Shown here piece by piece: positions 47,428-59,439 of a stretch of DNA of 64,000 nt (position 1 is its first letter; each line of letters starts with the position of its first letter). The notes under the pieces are model-generated. The model saw only the letters and a list, made by a program, of their open reading frames with translations. It was not told where the DNA came from and searched no databases. Origin of the DNA: Macrostomum hystrix (taxonomy: Eukaryota; Animalia; Platyhelminthes); the NCBI GenBank assembly GCA_950097015.1, contig CATNEN010000003.1, positions 6,634,001-6,698,000 of the forward strand, in the 5' to 3' direction. A program made the position numbers and the translations under genes.

Positions 47428-48189
47428 ATGATGTTTAAAGTGAAGTTGTTTTTTATGATTTCCATATGTTTAGGAGCGAGTGTAATTGTATTGTGTGATT
47501 TCAACTGCCGAATCACATTTCACTCCCAACTGGGCTACCTGTGCATCAAAAGTGAGTTCACTAGAACCATTGACTACTTTAGGACTCACCTTGAGTGCTC
47601 AATGTTGTGCAGCAGGGAGCAGCGCTGCCAGGCCTTCACCATGGCTGACGGTCCGTGTCAGATGTTCGTGTTCGACAAGTGCAGCAAGTCGGTGAGGGAC
47701 TGCAGCTGCTCCAGGAGAGGCCAGGTGTTTGTGAAGCAGCAGCCGGGACTCGAGGCTGGCCAGCTGTGTCCGACTCGCTACGGAGACGACCTGTGCGGAG
47801 TGAAGTACACGTTTTTCTATGAAACGAGTAATTGGCTAGTTCATCAGAATATTTGCGAGTCGGAGAGCGGTCTGGTGATCATGGCTGACGTAGAGAATGC
47901 AACTGAGATGGAGCATGTGGATGCACTGTACACCAAGTACAACACCGGGACTGGAGTATGGCTTGGTGGGCGCCAGATACGGGACAGCGTGGAACCGGCT
48001 GGTGGCTGGTACTGGGTCGCTTGCAACATCAGCATCGACAGCTCGCTGTGCTCGACTGGTGAGCCAAACGACACTCCACATGATGAGAACGCCATTCTCA
48101 GAGGCGTGACTCGGAGTCAGCTGACGGATGCTTCTGTGCTGAGGACTGGCCTGAATGGCCTGTGCGAGTGTCTATCCCCGTTCAACTGA
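47428..48189 (+). CDS. secreted PAN/apple-like + C-type lectin protein, copy 5
   Basis: 253-aa intact ORF, signal peptide, shared hub, VWLGG, GEPND, LCEC. Confidence 0.87.
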   Translation: MMFKVKLFFMISICLGASVIVLCDFNCRITFHSQLGYLCIKSEFTRTIDYFRTHLECSMLCSREQRCQAFTMADGPCQMFVFDKCSKSVRDCSCSRRGQVFVKQQPGLEAGQLCPTRYGDDLCGVKYTFFYETSNWLVHQNICESESGLVIMADVENATEMEHVDALYTKYNTGTGVWLGGRQIRDSVEPAGGWYWVACNISIDSSLCSTGEPNDTPHDENAILRGVTRSQLTDASVLRTGLNGLCECLSPFN

Positions 48190-48569
48190 GGCGTCGATTA
48201 ATTCAAATTCGTGTTGCTGTCGGTAAAGGAACGCAACTTCGACTTACGAAATGCCCTTTTATCTAATGCGCGTATAATTTATCGCAATAACTCGAACTTA
48301 AACTTCTTAAAGTGTCCTAGAAGTTTAAATATAGAAATTATCATGGAAATTTATCATAAGATGCTATACGCTCAGGATTTATGGGTTATCGAGAAATACG
48401 AGATAGTCGACTCGACTTATTTGTTATACATATTTATATTGCGTAATTGACTACCATTTGATTGGTTCATAAGTTTTCGGTCGTTGCTATTTTTAGAAGC
48501 TTCCGCCCAACTCAGCACGTGACTTGCGTGAGCCAATAAATGTGAGGCTAACAATTAATACTTATAATT

Positions 48570-48742
48570 GGCCAGATGTGCAGACGACAGCACAGCCGCG
48601 GCTATCGCGCGGCGCATCTAAAGGCTGTTCAGTCCATGGACTGGGGGATACCTACCCTCAATTACCCCCAAGCTAATGCTGGTACCCATTTATCAGCTGG
48701 GTTGCAGTGTCTTGGTGAGTGGCTTCAGGAATCGAACCCCCG
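48570..48742 (-). mobile_element. SINE family C, internally deleted copy
   Basis: reverse-complement similarity to 59440-60040. Confidence 0.65.
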
Positions 48743-49240
48743 AAGTTTAGGTCGTGAGTCCGTTAGCAAAGTTTAAACAGTAATCATTTTTTAACGTTTT
48801 TATTTTGTATACAAAAGGACATCTGAAGGCTGTATAGGTAATGCGCCACCAAACATAGAAGCAAGGCAAATATCATTTATCTCGTAGAGCATGAAAATTT
48901 AATGTGTCTAGCTTCTATGTACACTAGGCCAATAGCTGCATGTTGATTAAAAATACTATTGATCACGAGTCAGTTGTGACGGTGGACAAAATTAAACAGA
49001 AACTCTTAAAAAATGGAAAGTTAACGCGTCTGCCGCTCGCACCAAGGTCCCTGAGCTCGATTCCGCGGCGAGACCAAGGAACAGTGAGAGTGTACACTGC
49101 TTGACGATTAGAAAGTCAGGGCAGATGTACACAACCTAGCAATCTAGAACATCAGTGGCACATCATTTGGTGACTCTAAACCCACAGCCAGCGAGGAGGC
49201 AATTCTGCCCATTTCGCTGACTCCTGAGCACACACTCACA

Positions 49241-49954
49241 AATCTCACCTGTCATCTCACTCGAATCTCACCTGTCATCTCACTCGAATATCACCTGTCA
49301 TCTCACCTGTCATCTCACTCGAATCTCACCTGTCATCTCACTCGAATCTCACCTGTCATCTCACTCGAATCTCACCTGTCATCTCACTCGAATCTCAACT
49401 GTCCTCTCACTCGAATCTCACCTGTCATCTCACTCGAATCTCACCTGTCCTCTCACTCGAATCTCAACTGTCATCTCACTCGAATCTCACCCGTCATCTC
49501 ACTCGAATCTCACCTGTCCTCTCACTCGAATCTCACCTGTCCTCTCACTCGAATCTCAACTGTCATCTCACTCGAATCTCACCCGTCATCTCACTCGAAT
49601 CTCACCTGTCATCTCACTCGAATCTCACCCGTCATCTCACTCGAATCTCACCTGTCATCTCACTCGAATCTCACCCGTCATCTCACTCGAATCTCACCCG
49701 TCATTTCACTCGAATCTCACCTGTCATCTCACTCGAATCTCACCTGTCCTCTCACTCGAATCTCAACTGTAATCTCACTCGAATCTCACCTGTCATCTCA
49801 CTCCAATCTCACCTGTCATCTCACTCCAATCTCACCCGTCATCTCACTCGAATCTCACCCGTCATCTCACTCGAATCTCACCTGTCATCTCACTCGAATC
49901 TCACCCGTCATCTCACTCGAATCTCACCTGTCATTTCACTCGAATCTCACCTGT
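49241..49954. repeat. 23-bp minisatellite
   Basis: aatctcacctgtcatctcactcg units. Confidence 0.95.
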
Positions 49955-50439
49955 CGTATCCCCTAATCATACCTAACTAAAAATGCGTCACAAAATTCAA
50001 AAAGTGTCATTTTTATCGCAATGTTTCTGTCTAAATCTCCAGTCTAAAGTGCTAATTTAACCGCAAAACAAAACTAGTAAGGCATCACTGCTGTTGGTAG
50101 ACTGCAAACCGATTGGTAGCAGAAGAAACAGCGGGGGCAGACACAGGAAAGGGGACTAAAAGAACTGCCAAGAAAAGGGAAAAATCTTTAGACTAAATTT
50201 CCCCATTTCGCTTCCAATTCCTCTCTAACTCCCGTTAGCATTTTCCTGAGCTAGTGGGCTACCTAACCAAGGTTGGGTGACAGCACGTGGTTGCATTCTC
50301 ACGGGTTCTTATAGAAATTTAGCTCACATACCAGCTCAACTGCTCAACCTAATAATATGTTCAGTTTGGGTAGAGGCACATTTGCTTCTCTTCCAAGCTG
50401 ACACAAAGTTATGTCAATTACCTAATTTTCTGTCTTCCA

Positions 50440-52137
50440 TCTCATGATCTCACACCAACTCATTTCTCATGATCTCACACCAACTCATTTCTCATGATCT
50501 CACACCAACTCATTTCTCATGATCTCACACCAACTCATTTCTCATGATCTCACACCAACTCATTTGTCGTGGATCTCACACCAACTCATTTGTCATGATC
50601 TCACACCAACTCATTTCTCATGATCTCACACCAACTCATTTGTCATGATCTCAAACCAGCTCGTTTCTCATGATCTCACACCAACTCATTTCTCATGATC
50701 TCACACCAACTCATTTGTCGTGGATCTCACACCAACTCATTTGTCATGATCTCACACCAACTCATTTCTCATGATCTCACACCAACTCATTTGTCATGAT
50801 CTCACACCAACTCATTTCTCATGGATCTCACACCAACTCATTTCTCATGATCTCACACCAACTCATTTCTCATGGATCTCACAGCAACTCATTTCTCATG
50901 ATCTCACACCAACTCATTTCTCATGATCGCACACCAACTCATTTCTCATGATCTCACACCAACTCATTTCTCATGATCTCACACCAACTCATTTCTCATG
51001 ATCTCACACCAACTCATTTCTCATGATCTCACACCAACTCATTTCTCATGATCTCACACCAACTCATTTCTCATGATCTCACACCAACTCATTTCTCATG
51101 ATCTCACACCAACTCATTTCTCATGATCTCACACCAACTCATTTCTCATGATCTCACACCAACTCATTTCTCATGATCTCACACCAACTCATTTCTCATG
51201 ATCTCACACCAACTCATTTGTCATGATCTCAAACCAGCTCGTTTCTCATGATCTCACACCAACTCATTTCTCATGATCTCACACCAACTCATTTGTCGTG
51301 GATCTCACAGCAACTCATTTCTCATGATCTCACACCAACTCATTTGTCATGATCTCACACCAACTCATTTCTCATGGATCTCACACCAACTCATTTCTCA
51401 TGATCTCACACCAACTCATTTCTCATGGATCTCACAGCAACCCATTTCTCATGATCTCACACCAACTCATTTCTCATGATCTCACACCAACTCATTTCTC
51501 ATGATCGCACACCAACTCATTTCTCATGATCTCACACCAACTCATTTCTCATGATCTCACACCAACTCATTTCTCATGATCTCACACCAACTCATTTCTC
51601 ATGATCTCACACCAACTCATTTCTCATGATCTCACACCAACTCATTTCTCATGATCTCACACCAACTCATTTCTCATGATCTCACACCAACTCATTTCTC
51701 ATGATCTCACACCAACTCATTTCTCATGATCGCACACCAACTCATTTCTCATGATCTCACACCAACTCATTTCTCATGATCTCACACCAACTCATTTCTC
51801 ATGATCTCACACCAACTCATTTCTCATGATCTCACACCAACTCATTTCTCATGATCTCACACCAACTCATTTCTCATGATCTCACACCAACTCATTTCTC
51901 ATGATCTCACACCAACTCATTTCTCATGATCTCACACCAACTCATTTCTCATGATCTCACACCAACTCATTTCTCATGATCTCACACCAACTCATTTCTC
52001 ATGATCTCACACCAACTCATTTCTCATGATCTCACACCAACTCATTTCTCATGATCTCACACCAACTCATTTCTCATGATCTCACACCAACTCATTTCTC
52101 ATGATCTCACACCAACTCATTTCTCATGATCTCACAT
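50440..52137. repeat. 25-bp minisatellite, ~1.7 kb
   Basis: ctcatgatctcacaccaactcattt units. Confidence 0.97.
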
Positions 52138-52539
52138 CGAATAATCTCCAATGATCTTACAATGACTCGTTTCTCACATAGGCTTTTTTCTCACACTAAT
52201 GTCGCAGTTGACATACTCCTATGACCCATATTTTTCTCACCTCAACATTCCCCCCTAAAAGAACCAGCCACAGAAAGAATGAAAAAGTCAATCGATCATA
52301 TCTCAGAATTGTGTTAATCAGTCGTATCGAATAACCTAAAAGACATGGAATTTCAAATCGCATCTCCCAGACTCCTAAAAATTTAGTGCCGACTCAGATT
52401 TTCAAAGCCGCTGTGTATCGATTAGTTTGTGTACAACATAGCCTCACAAAAATCTGGTTGTCTCATCTTGTCTTGTCCGTTATTAGTTCAAAATTTCCGC
52501 CAAAACAGGTGAGAGTTGCTTGCCTTTTGTGGTAATCAA

Positions 52540-52968
52540 AAGAGGAAGAGAGGGAGAGGGAGAGATGGAGAGGGAGAGACGGAAAGGGAGAGAAGGAGAG
52601 ACGGAAAGGGAGAGACGGAGAGGGAGAGACGGAAAGGGAGAGAAGGAGAGAAGGAGAGGGAGAGACGGAGAGGGAGAGACGGAAAGGGAGAGACGGAGAG
52701 AAGGAGAGGGAGAGGGAGAGAAGGAGAGAAGGAGAGGGAGAGGGAGAGAAGGAGAGAAGGAGAGGGAGAGACGGAGAGGGAGAGAAGGAGAGGGAGAAAA
52801 AAAGAGGGAGAGAAAAAGAGGGAGAGAGGAAGAGAAGGAGAGGGGGAGAGGGAGGGTGAGAGAAGGAGGGAGAGAGAAGGAGGGGGAGAGAAGGAAGGAG
52901 AGAGAAGGAGGGTGAGAGAAGGAGGGTGAGAGAAGGAGGGTCAGAGAAGGAGGGTGAGAGAGAGGGAA
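52540..52968. repeat. GA-rich low-complexity tract
   Basis: almost pure purine strand (ggagagagggagaagg...). Confidence 0.9.
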
Positions 52969-54395
52969 GATAAGCACAGGGGAAAATGAGAGGAGAGAGG
53001 AAGAGAATGAGCTGTTAACACGAGAGTCATACAAGCAGTTAAATTTAACAAAGCATGCATAGAACAATCATTAGATTGTCATCAGACAAACGGCAATATA
53101 AAACGAGAATGAGTAGTAAAAAATCTGACAAAAATCAGTGGTCGCGGTAATAAAAACAAGCTGCATACCTACCCACAGGTCTATACAGAGTTTTCGGGTC
53201 ACAGAGAGAGCTAGGTATTGTGCTCATTGAGCACTATATGGAAAAAACAGTACCCAGGACATAAGAATCCTTGCACAGTAGGGCAGAGTCGCACCGCAAT
53301 GTTTATTTTTTGACCAGCTGGTTGAAAAAAAGCATAAGGAAGGCTGCTCACACATATTCTCTCTTAGAAATAAAAAAAATAGTTTGGGATGAAGAACAGT
53401 TTTTTCTCCTTTTGAAGCCGGCAAGGCAGAGAAGCGAGAGCCTGATTTTGATGCAAATCAAATCCGAATTTAACAGAGAGAAGGCGAGACAACAAAGCCT
53501 AGCAGACAAAAAATGCATGGCAGAATTTCAAAGCCGAGCAAACAGATGGATTATTGAGCACGCATTTGGATAGCGACACTGGAACGAAGATTAACAAAGC
53601 TGCCCAGATACAGGACATCAACATCGCTTAGCGGCTCACTACGAGTATTTATTGGCACGATTTTTAACTAAGTAAAAATCTCATTCAAGAACACCCTAGC
53701 TGGCTGAAGATCGTGGATGAAATTGCTCTTTTTTGAGCATGCCGGATGTTGTTATTTGAGGAGCATTAAATTCGGAAAGCTTTTTATTCATAGCCGAGAA
53801 AATGTGCACCCGAATCGAGCTCAGGATCCTTGGTGCGAGAGGCAAACGCGTTGGACCGTTCTGCCGCTCGTCCTACCTTCATTTCGGCCTTGTTGGCCAT
53901 GAGGCCATGATGCCTTGAAAATGCATGCAACGCTATTGGTGCGAATGCGATCGCTTTTTAGTTAGTGTGGGAGGATTTTGCATAATTCAGTTTATTTTTC
54001 ATCAGCAACTTAATATCCGATTGCACGAACTATCTTTGACAGTTCTAGCCTAACTCTTCATATATCTGTATATTAGAAATTCGATATGAAAGTTGATACT
54101 GCAGTCTGATAGTCCAATATTTCAAGTAACCACATATCTATTTTTTTCTGTATCTCCCAAAACATTCAACCAATCGCCATGAAGATACGGAACATAGGTT
54201 AACATCTACAGCTCTATCCGAATTAACTTCCAGAATAACAAATCGTGAAGTATTTGAAATACCCCGTGGTCTTTCCCAGGTGCAAAACAGAGCGGTCTTT
54301 TTACGGTTAACAAAACAAAGACTGATAAAACAGTTTTTTACGTTACACTTCTAGTTACGAATGTCACCTTATCTTCGCACTACCGTCAAAGCAGT

Positions 54396-54983
54396 GAGGG
54401 GCGAGTGGGTCAGCGGCTAGCGTCGCTGCCTCGCACTCCAATGGACGCTAGTTCGATTCACCCTTCAAGTCACGATTAATTTCGGGACCTGTTGGTGGGT
54501 TTGGACAGTAGCGACCGGCGGAGGTGTACCATTTTTCGTGCAATCAAAGCTTGAAATAATAGCTTCGCTCCTACCTTCTGTGTGCCTGTTCTGCGTTATG
54601 TGAGTTGTGTGCGTTGGCGCTGGGGCGTGAGGCCTTGGGGGGTGGCTGGGGGCGGGTGTACACCGCCGCGCGCTTTCTGGATTTCCGTCAGCGCGATTGG
54701 ATAAGTGTACACTCATCACCCGCCCCCCCCTGAGGACTGATTTCTTATCAGCCTTCCGCCCGGCTTAGTCTGCTCTGTGCGTGTGGGGCTGGGGTGGGGG
54801 CCGCACTGCTGCCTATTCTGGGTGCCTCCTGCCCTCCCGGCTGGTCTGTGCTGCTGTGTGTGGTGCCTGCTCAGGGGAGGCGGCGCGATGGGCGCTAAGC
54901 GCCTAGTTCGCCGGTCTGGGGGCGTGCCGCTCCGTCGCTTGTGCGACAAGTGCCCCGGGCCCCCTGCAAATAGATAGAGATAG
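54396..54983 (+). mobile_element. tRNA-derived SINE, family A, copy 2
   Basis: 14-bp TSD accgtcaaagcagt (54382-54395 / 54984-54997), A and B boxes, tagatagagatag tail. Confidence 0.9.
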
Positions 54984-55271
54984 ACCGTCAAAGCAGTTAA
55001 TCCATCATTTAAAAAAGAGAAACCTTTTTCATGAGATTATATTGTACGCGTTTTTGAAGAGCGAGTTTTTTTGGAATGGCGACATGCTGCTGCTATGCTT
55101 GAACTAATACTATTAAAACATGGGCTTAGCGGTTCAAGTCACATTAATGAGTTGCAATACTAGAAATACCTACTGTTTTATAAAAATTCTAGTCATGAGA
55201 ATCTTAGAAACATGATTTTTTCGTTGGCTAAGAGGCTGGGGTCAAGCGGTTGCTAAGAACGCGACTGCTGT

Positions 55272-58226
55272 TTACACATCCGTCTCCATGCCAACTGGGA
55301 AGGCGATCGTCTCGAGAAGTTTCGCCACAGACGGCGAGAGGGACATTGTTGACGACGGTTGCGCCAGAGCCTGTCGCGGTGGCGGCAGCGGCGGCGGCTG
55401 AGACGACGATGTGAATTGAAATCCGGCTGAGCAGAAATCAATGTCACTACCGCTAGAGGACCGATGCTGCTGACTCAGCTGATGCTGCTGCTGCTGCTGT
55501 TGCTGTCGCTGTTGATGTTGCTTCTGCTGTCGTTTAAGCCTTTCAAACCGACGCCTCTCAGGCAGCGGCAGTGTATTCGCCATCCTGTGACTGTCCATTG
55601 AGCAGGCCGAGTTCCTGAGGATCAGCTGACCGCAGAGCCGCAGACGATCTGGCCTGAATCCGGTCATCCCGCTCGCCTCATCGTCGATGCTGTCTTCTTC
55701 GATTTCGCGACTCGACGGAGCGAAGTCAGCCGAGCAGACGTAGCGTGGCAGGTCGTAGGGCGAGGAGTGCACATTGCCGCCAATGCCGACCACGGAGGCG
55801 GGCACCAGGTCGGGCGGGATTCCGCAGCAGCGCGTTGGAAACAGGGGACGCCTATCGGTGCTGGCGCTAGTTGGATGCACCCCGGTTAGCAGCGGCGATT
55901 TTCTAGCGAAATAACAGGCGGGATTCGCTCCAGAGCTTGACGTTGCGCCGGAACCGCAGGATGTCGATGTGCCGACGGGACCGACCGCCAATGCCGTCGC
56001 CGATGCTGACGCTGTCGTCATTGCTGAACAGGTTGCGGTGGCACTGCACCGGCCACCAGAGCGACCCTGAGATCTGCCGATGCTGCCACTTTCTCCGCGA
56101 AGAAAGAAAAACTCAGCGAAGCGTCGAGAGTTGGCCACAGCCACAGCCACTGTGGCCACCGCGAGAGCGACCACAACAGCTCCGGAAGCGACGCCGACAA
56201 CCAGTAGCACGGAGGCGCCAACAAGGTCACCGCGACTGCTTCCGCTACTGCTACTTCCGCTTCCGCTGCCGGGGCCGTCGTCTGCTCCGCTGCCGCCTCG
56301 AGGACGCCGATCGCGGAAGAGAATAATAGCATCATTGTTGGTACCGTTGTCAGCCGCTGCAGCAGCAGAAGCAGCCGACGAGACAGCCATGCGTGGACAA
56401 TTTTGTCGACGAAAATCCATCAGAGGCAGATTGCGACATCGCAGATGGCGATATGTAACCGCAGGCAGGGCCGCAATAACTTGACGCCATCGAGCTGGTT
56501 CGAACAGTTCGCAGTCGCAGGCTAGCTGAGCGTCGCCCAGAACAATTCGGACGCCTCGTCTGGCTCCGACGTCGAGCAGAGCATCTGGCAAGTTGGTGAG
56601 GCCGCAGTCGGTGAGGTTCAGCAGGCGCAGACTAGTGAAACGGTGCAGGCCGGATAGTTTGGAGGCTCGACTGAGCCGGTTGCCGCTGAGGTCGAGTTCG
56701 TCAACCAGATCAGCTCGCGTCGGTGCCTCCAAGTCGGTCAAGTCCTGGATTCTGTTTCCGGCTAGGAGCAGGCGGTAGCGTACGCGGTGGACACCAGCCG
56801 GCAGTTGGCGGGGCAGAGACGTCAGCCGGGAGGCGCCGGTGCAGTCTACGGTGAGGCTAGAATCGGCGACTCTCTCGATGCAGCGGCAGCCTGTGGTTCG
56901 AGAGAGAAAGAGAGCTGACTGTATAATAAATTTTAGTCATCAAGGAACAGTAAACTCCAAAAAAAAATTTGAATCTTCAGCGTCACCTGACGGGCAGTCG
57001 ATCCGATGATCGCACTGAAGCTCTTCACCCTTCAAAGTCATCAAAGTGGGCGCCTTTCCAAGCCCAACGACACCTTCGCACGGCATGTCCAGCCAAGCGT
57101 CGATAGCTAGAGCGTTCCTTCGAGAAAACAACCCCGCCGAATTTGGTCCGTGGTTCGAGTCGCCAGCCGTAGCGGTCGAGGCGGTAGTGAAGTATCGCCA
57201 CGCATGCAAGACCCTGCAGTCGCAGGCTATTGTGCTGCCTCTGTTGTCCACGTGCAGGAATGGTTGAAACGCGTCACGGTAGAGCTTCAGCCGGGCTACC
57301 ACGGCGTCTGGAGCGCCATCCAGTGAGGGCATCGGAAGGCCCCAGAGGCGACTCACGCCGAACGCCTCCGAACCGAGCTGGTTGTGGGTGAGTCGCACAG
57401 TGAGGCGTAGATAATATGAGGCGTCTGTGGAGCGACGAAATTCGCGTTCCCGTTCAACCGCGCGAATGTCCTCCAGGGTCCAACGCCAACGAAGCATATT
57501 AGTGAGCAATGTGACCTGGTTATGGCTCAGGTTCACCTCCTGTAGGCTAGCTAATCTCACAAGCGAAACGTCGACCTGCTTGATTCGACACCGAGCTGCG
57601 TTGAGCGTTTTCAACCGGCTCCGTCTGGGGCTTGGCAAATGCGTCACGAAGATCGACTCAAGCATAGCATTCTCAGAGACGTCAACCAGCTCCAACGTGT
57701 CCAGATAGAGCAGCTGTGTCAGGTCCAGCTGGGTCAGCCGGTTGCCTCTCAGGCTGAGGCTGCGCAGGCGTCGATGGCAAACCGAGGGCAGCGGTGGCTC
57801 CAGCGGAAAGAAAAACTCGGCGACGCCATTCTCGGACAGGTCGATCGTCGTCAGGTTGACGAATCGGCACAAGTCGCGCAGCGGAACTGAACGCAATCCG
57901 GCTCTAGTCATGCTGAAGCTGGCCACCCGACCTTCAGCGGCAGCCGGCAGTTGGCAGCCGTCGTTGCTAACGCCGCCGCCACCGGACGCGTGACTGACTG
58001 CTCCAGCAGCTCCAGATGTCGTCGGAATGTTCTCCGGCTCGCAGCGACGAACCGTCAGAGCCACATTCGGCGTCAAGTCGTCTCCGTCGACGCCGCTTGG
58101 TTCCAGGATCACGTGACGACAGGACCGCCAGGCGCAGCTGCTACCGTCGACTAGAACGGTGCCAGTTGGTGTGATGGACAGCAGGAGAAGTGCCAACGGC
58201 ATCAGTGCTTGAAGCACCGTCGGCAT
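55272..58226 (-). CDS. LRR type-I transmembrane receptor (Toll-like ectodomain, no TIR), 2 exons, ~952 aa
   Basis: Exons 56987-58226 and 55272-56890 (96-bp GT-AG intron, in frame: CPSG|CRC); signal peptide, LxxLxLxxN repeats, ACDC LRRCT, CPxxCxC LRRNT, second LRR block + LRRCT, TM helix, low-complexity cytoplasmic tail. Confidence 0.88.
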
Positions 58227-59439
58227 GTTTCTTTACTTCCAGCAGCAGCACTGCGAATGCAGTCCTTCTTCCCGGATGAAAACTCTACACGTTTTTGTCC
58301 GTTCACTCGCCACCCGATGCATGCGCGGTGTGTCAGCAGTTCCCAAGCCATCTCTGATTGGTTCTGCACTTTCAAGTCCTGTCTCTATCAGCATTTCCTT
58401 TCCAAACAGACTGACAAACACTGCCTCTGGTCCGTCACTCATGTTTGGGATCGTTTAAGAGGCCAAGTTGTAAATTTCTTATGAGCAGAAAAAGACGCAT
58501 ATTTTGCTATCCTTTTTTGTACAAAAATCGTACTTTTGATCCATGATGTAAAGTCCGAAATCCCGAGAGGCAAAATCTGACTTCTAGCTAGTTTTTAATG
58601 CTACTCAAAACTGAGGATTTAGGTGAGGATTAAAAAATCTGTTTTTTTAAAGCGTGGTTTGTACTTAGCCAGTTATACGTAAATAATTTACTTCGAATGC
58701 TTCGAATTTCGTGTCAATCAAAACTTTCTCCGACGAAAACTAGACTAATAATTACCTGGTAATTAGACAAATTGATTGATTGGCCTAGCCGGCTAAATCG
58801 TTACAATCTAATTTGATTTGCAAACACATTTCGCTCTCATTATGGCTCTAATTGATCAGCGAATTTTGATTGACATTGAAAAAACTAATATAAACGATTC
58901 GATATTAAAACAACTTTTTTTAACGAAATCCACCTGGCTAGAAAGTCGGCTGAGAAAGCCGTTAATAATTCATGCGGCCCTTCAAAATGTCAGTTGAAGA
59001 AAATCTACAGGTAGGAATGAAATTGATTAATGATCCCACTGGCAAACACGCGGAGGCCCACGAAGGGGACATTGGACTATGTAGGTTTGGGTTACCTAAG
59101 GCTTGAAGCAAATTAGAACTAAGCAAGAAAGTTTTGGCTTGCATAAGATTGGATTACACTCAAGCTTGAGAACACGGCGTTAGTTATTGTTCCACCTGTC
59201 TCTTAGAAATTCAAATTATTAGTCCAAAGTTAAAAAATATTTTTGTGTTACTTTCTAGATCAGATTTCTTTTATCTTCGTTTGAGTTGAAATATTTGAAT
59301 TTGTGAAATTTTACGCGCCGCACGATTCAATTACTGCATGGCGATATAGTGCGAAAAGTTTATGTTAGCCTGTGAGCGCTTGTAACGAGAAAAAATGAGT
59401 AGAAAATTTTTGGTAAAAACAAAAAAATTTTAGGTAGAT

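Noticed and set aside
54725-54760. Hammerhead ribozyme core (CTGAGGA + hairpin CTGAT-ttctt-ATCAG) in SINE A
   Set aside because: The required GAAA after stem II and stems I/III are missing
55937-58154. Plus-strand ORFs overlapping the LRR gene (likewise antisense ORFs over UGGT, lectin and TRPV-like exons)
   Set aside because: Antisense shadows of GC-rich coding sequence
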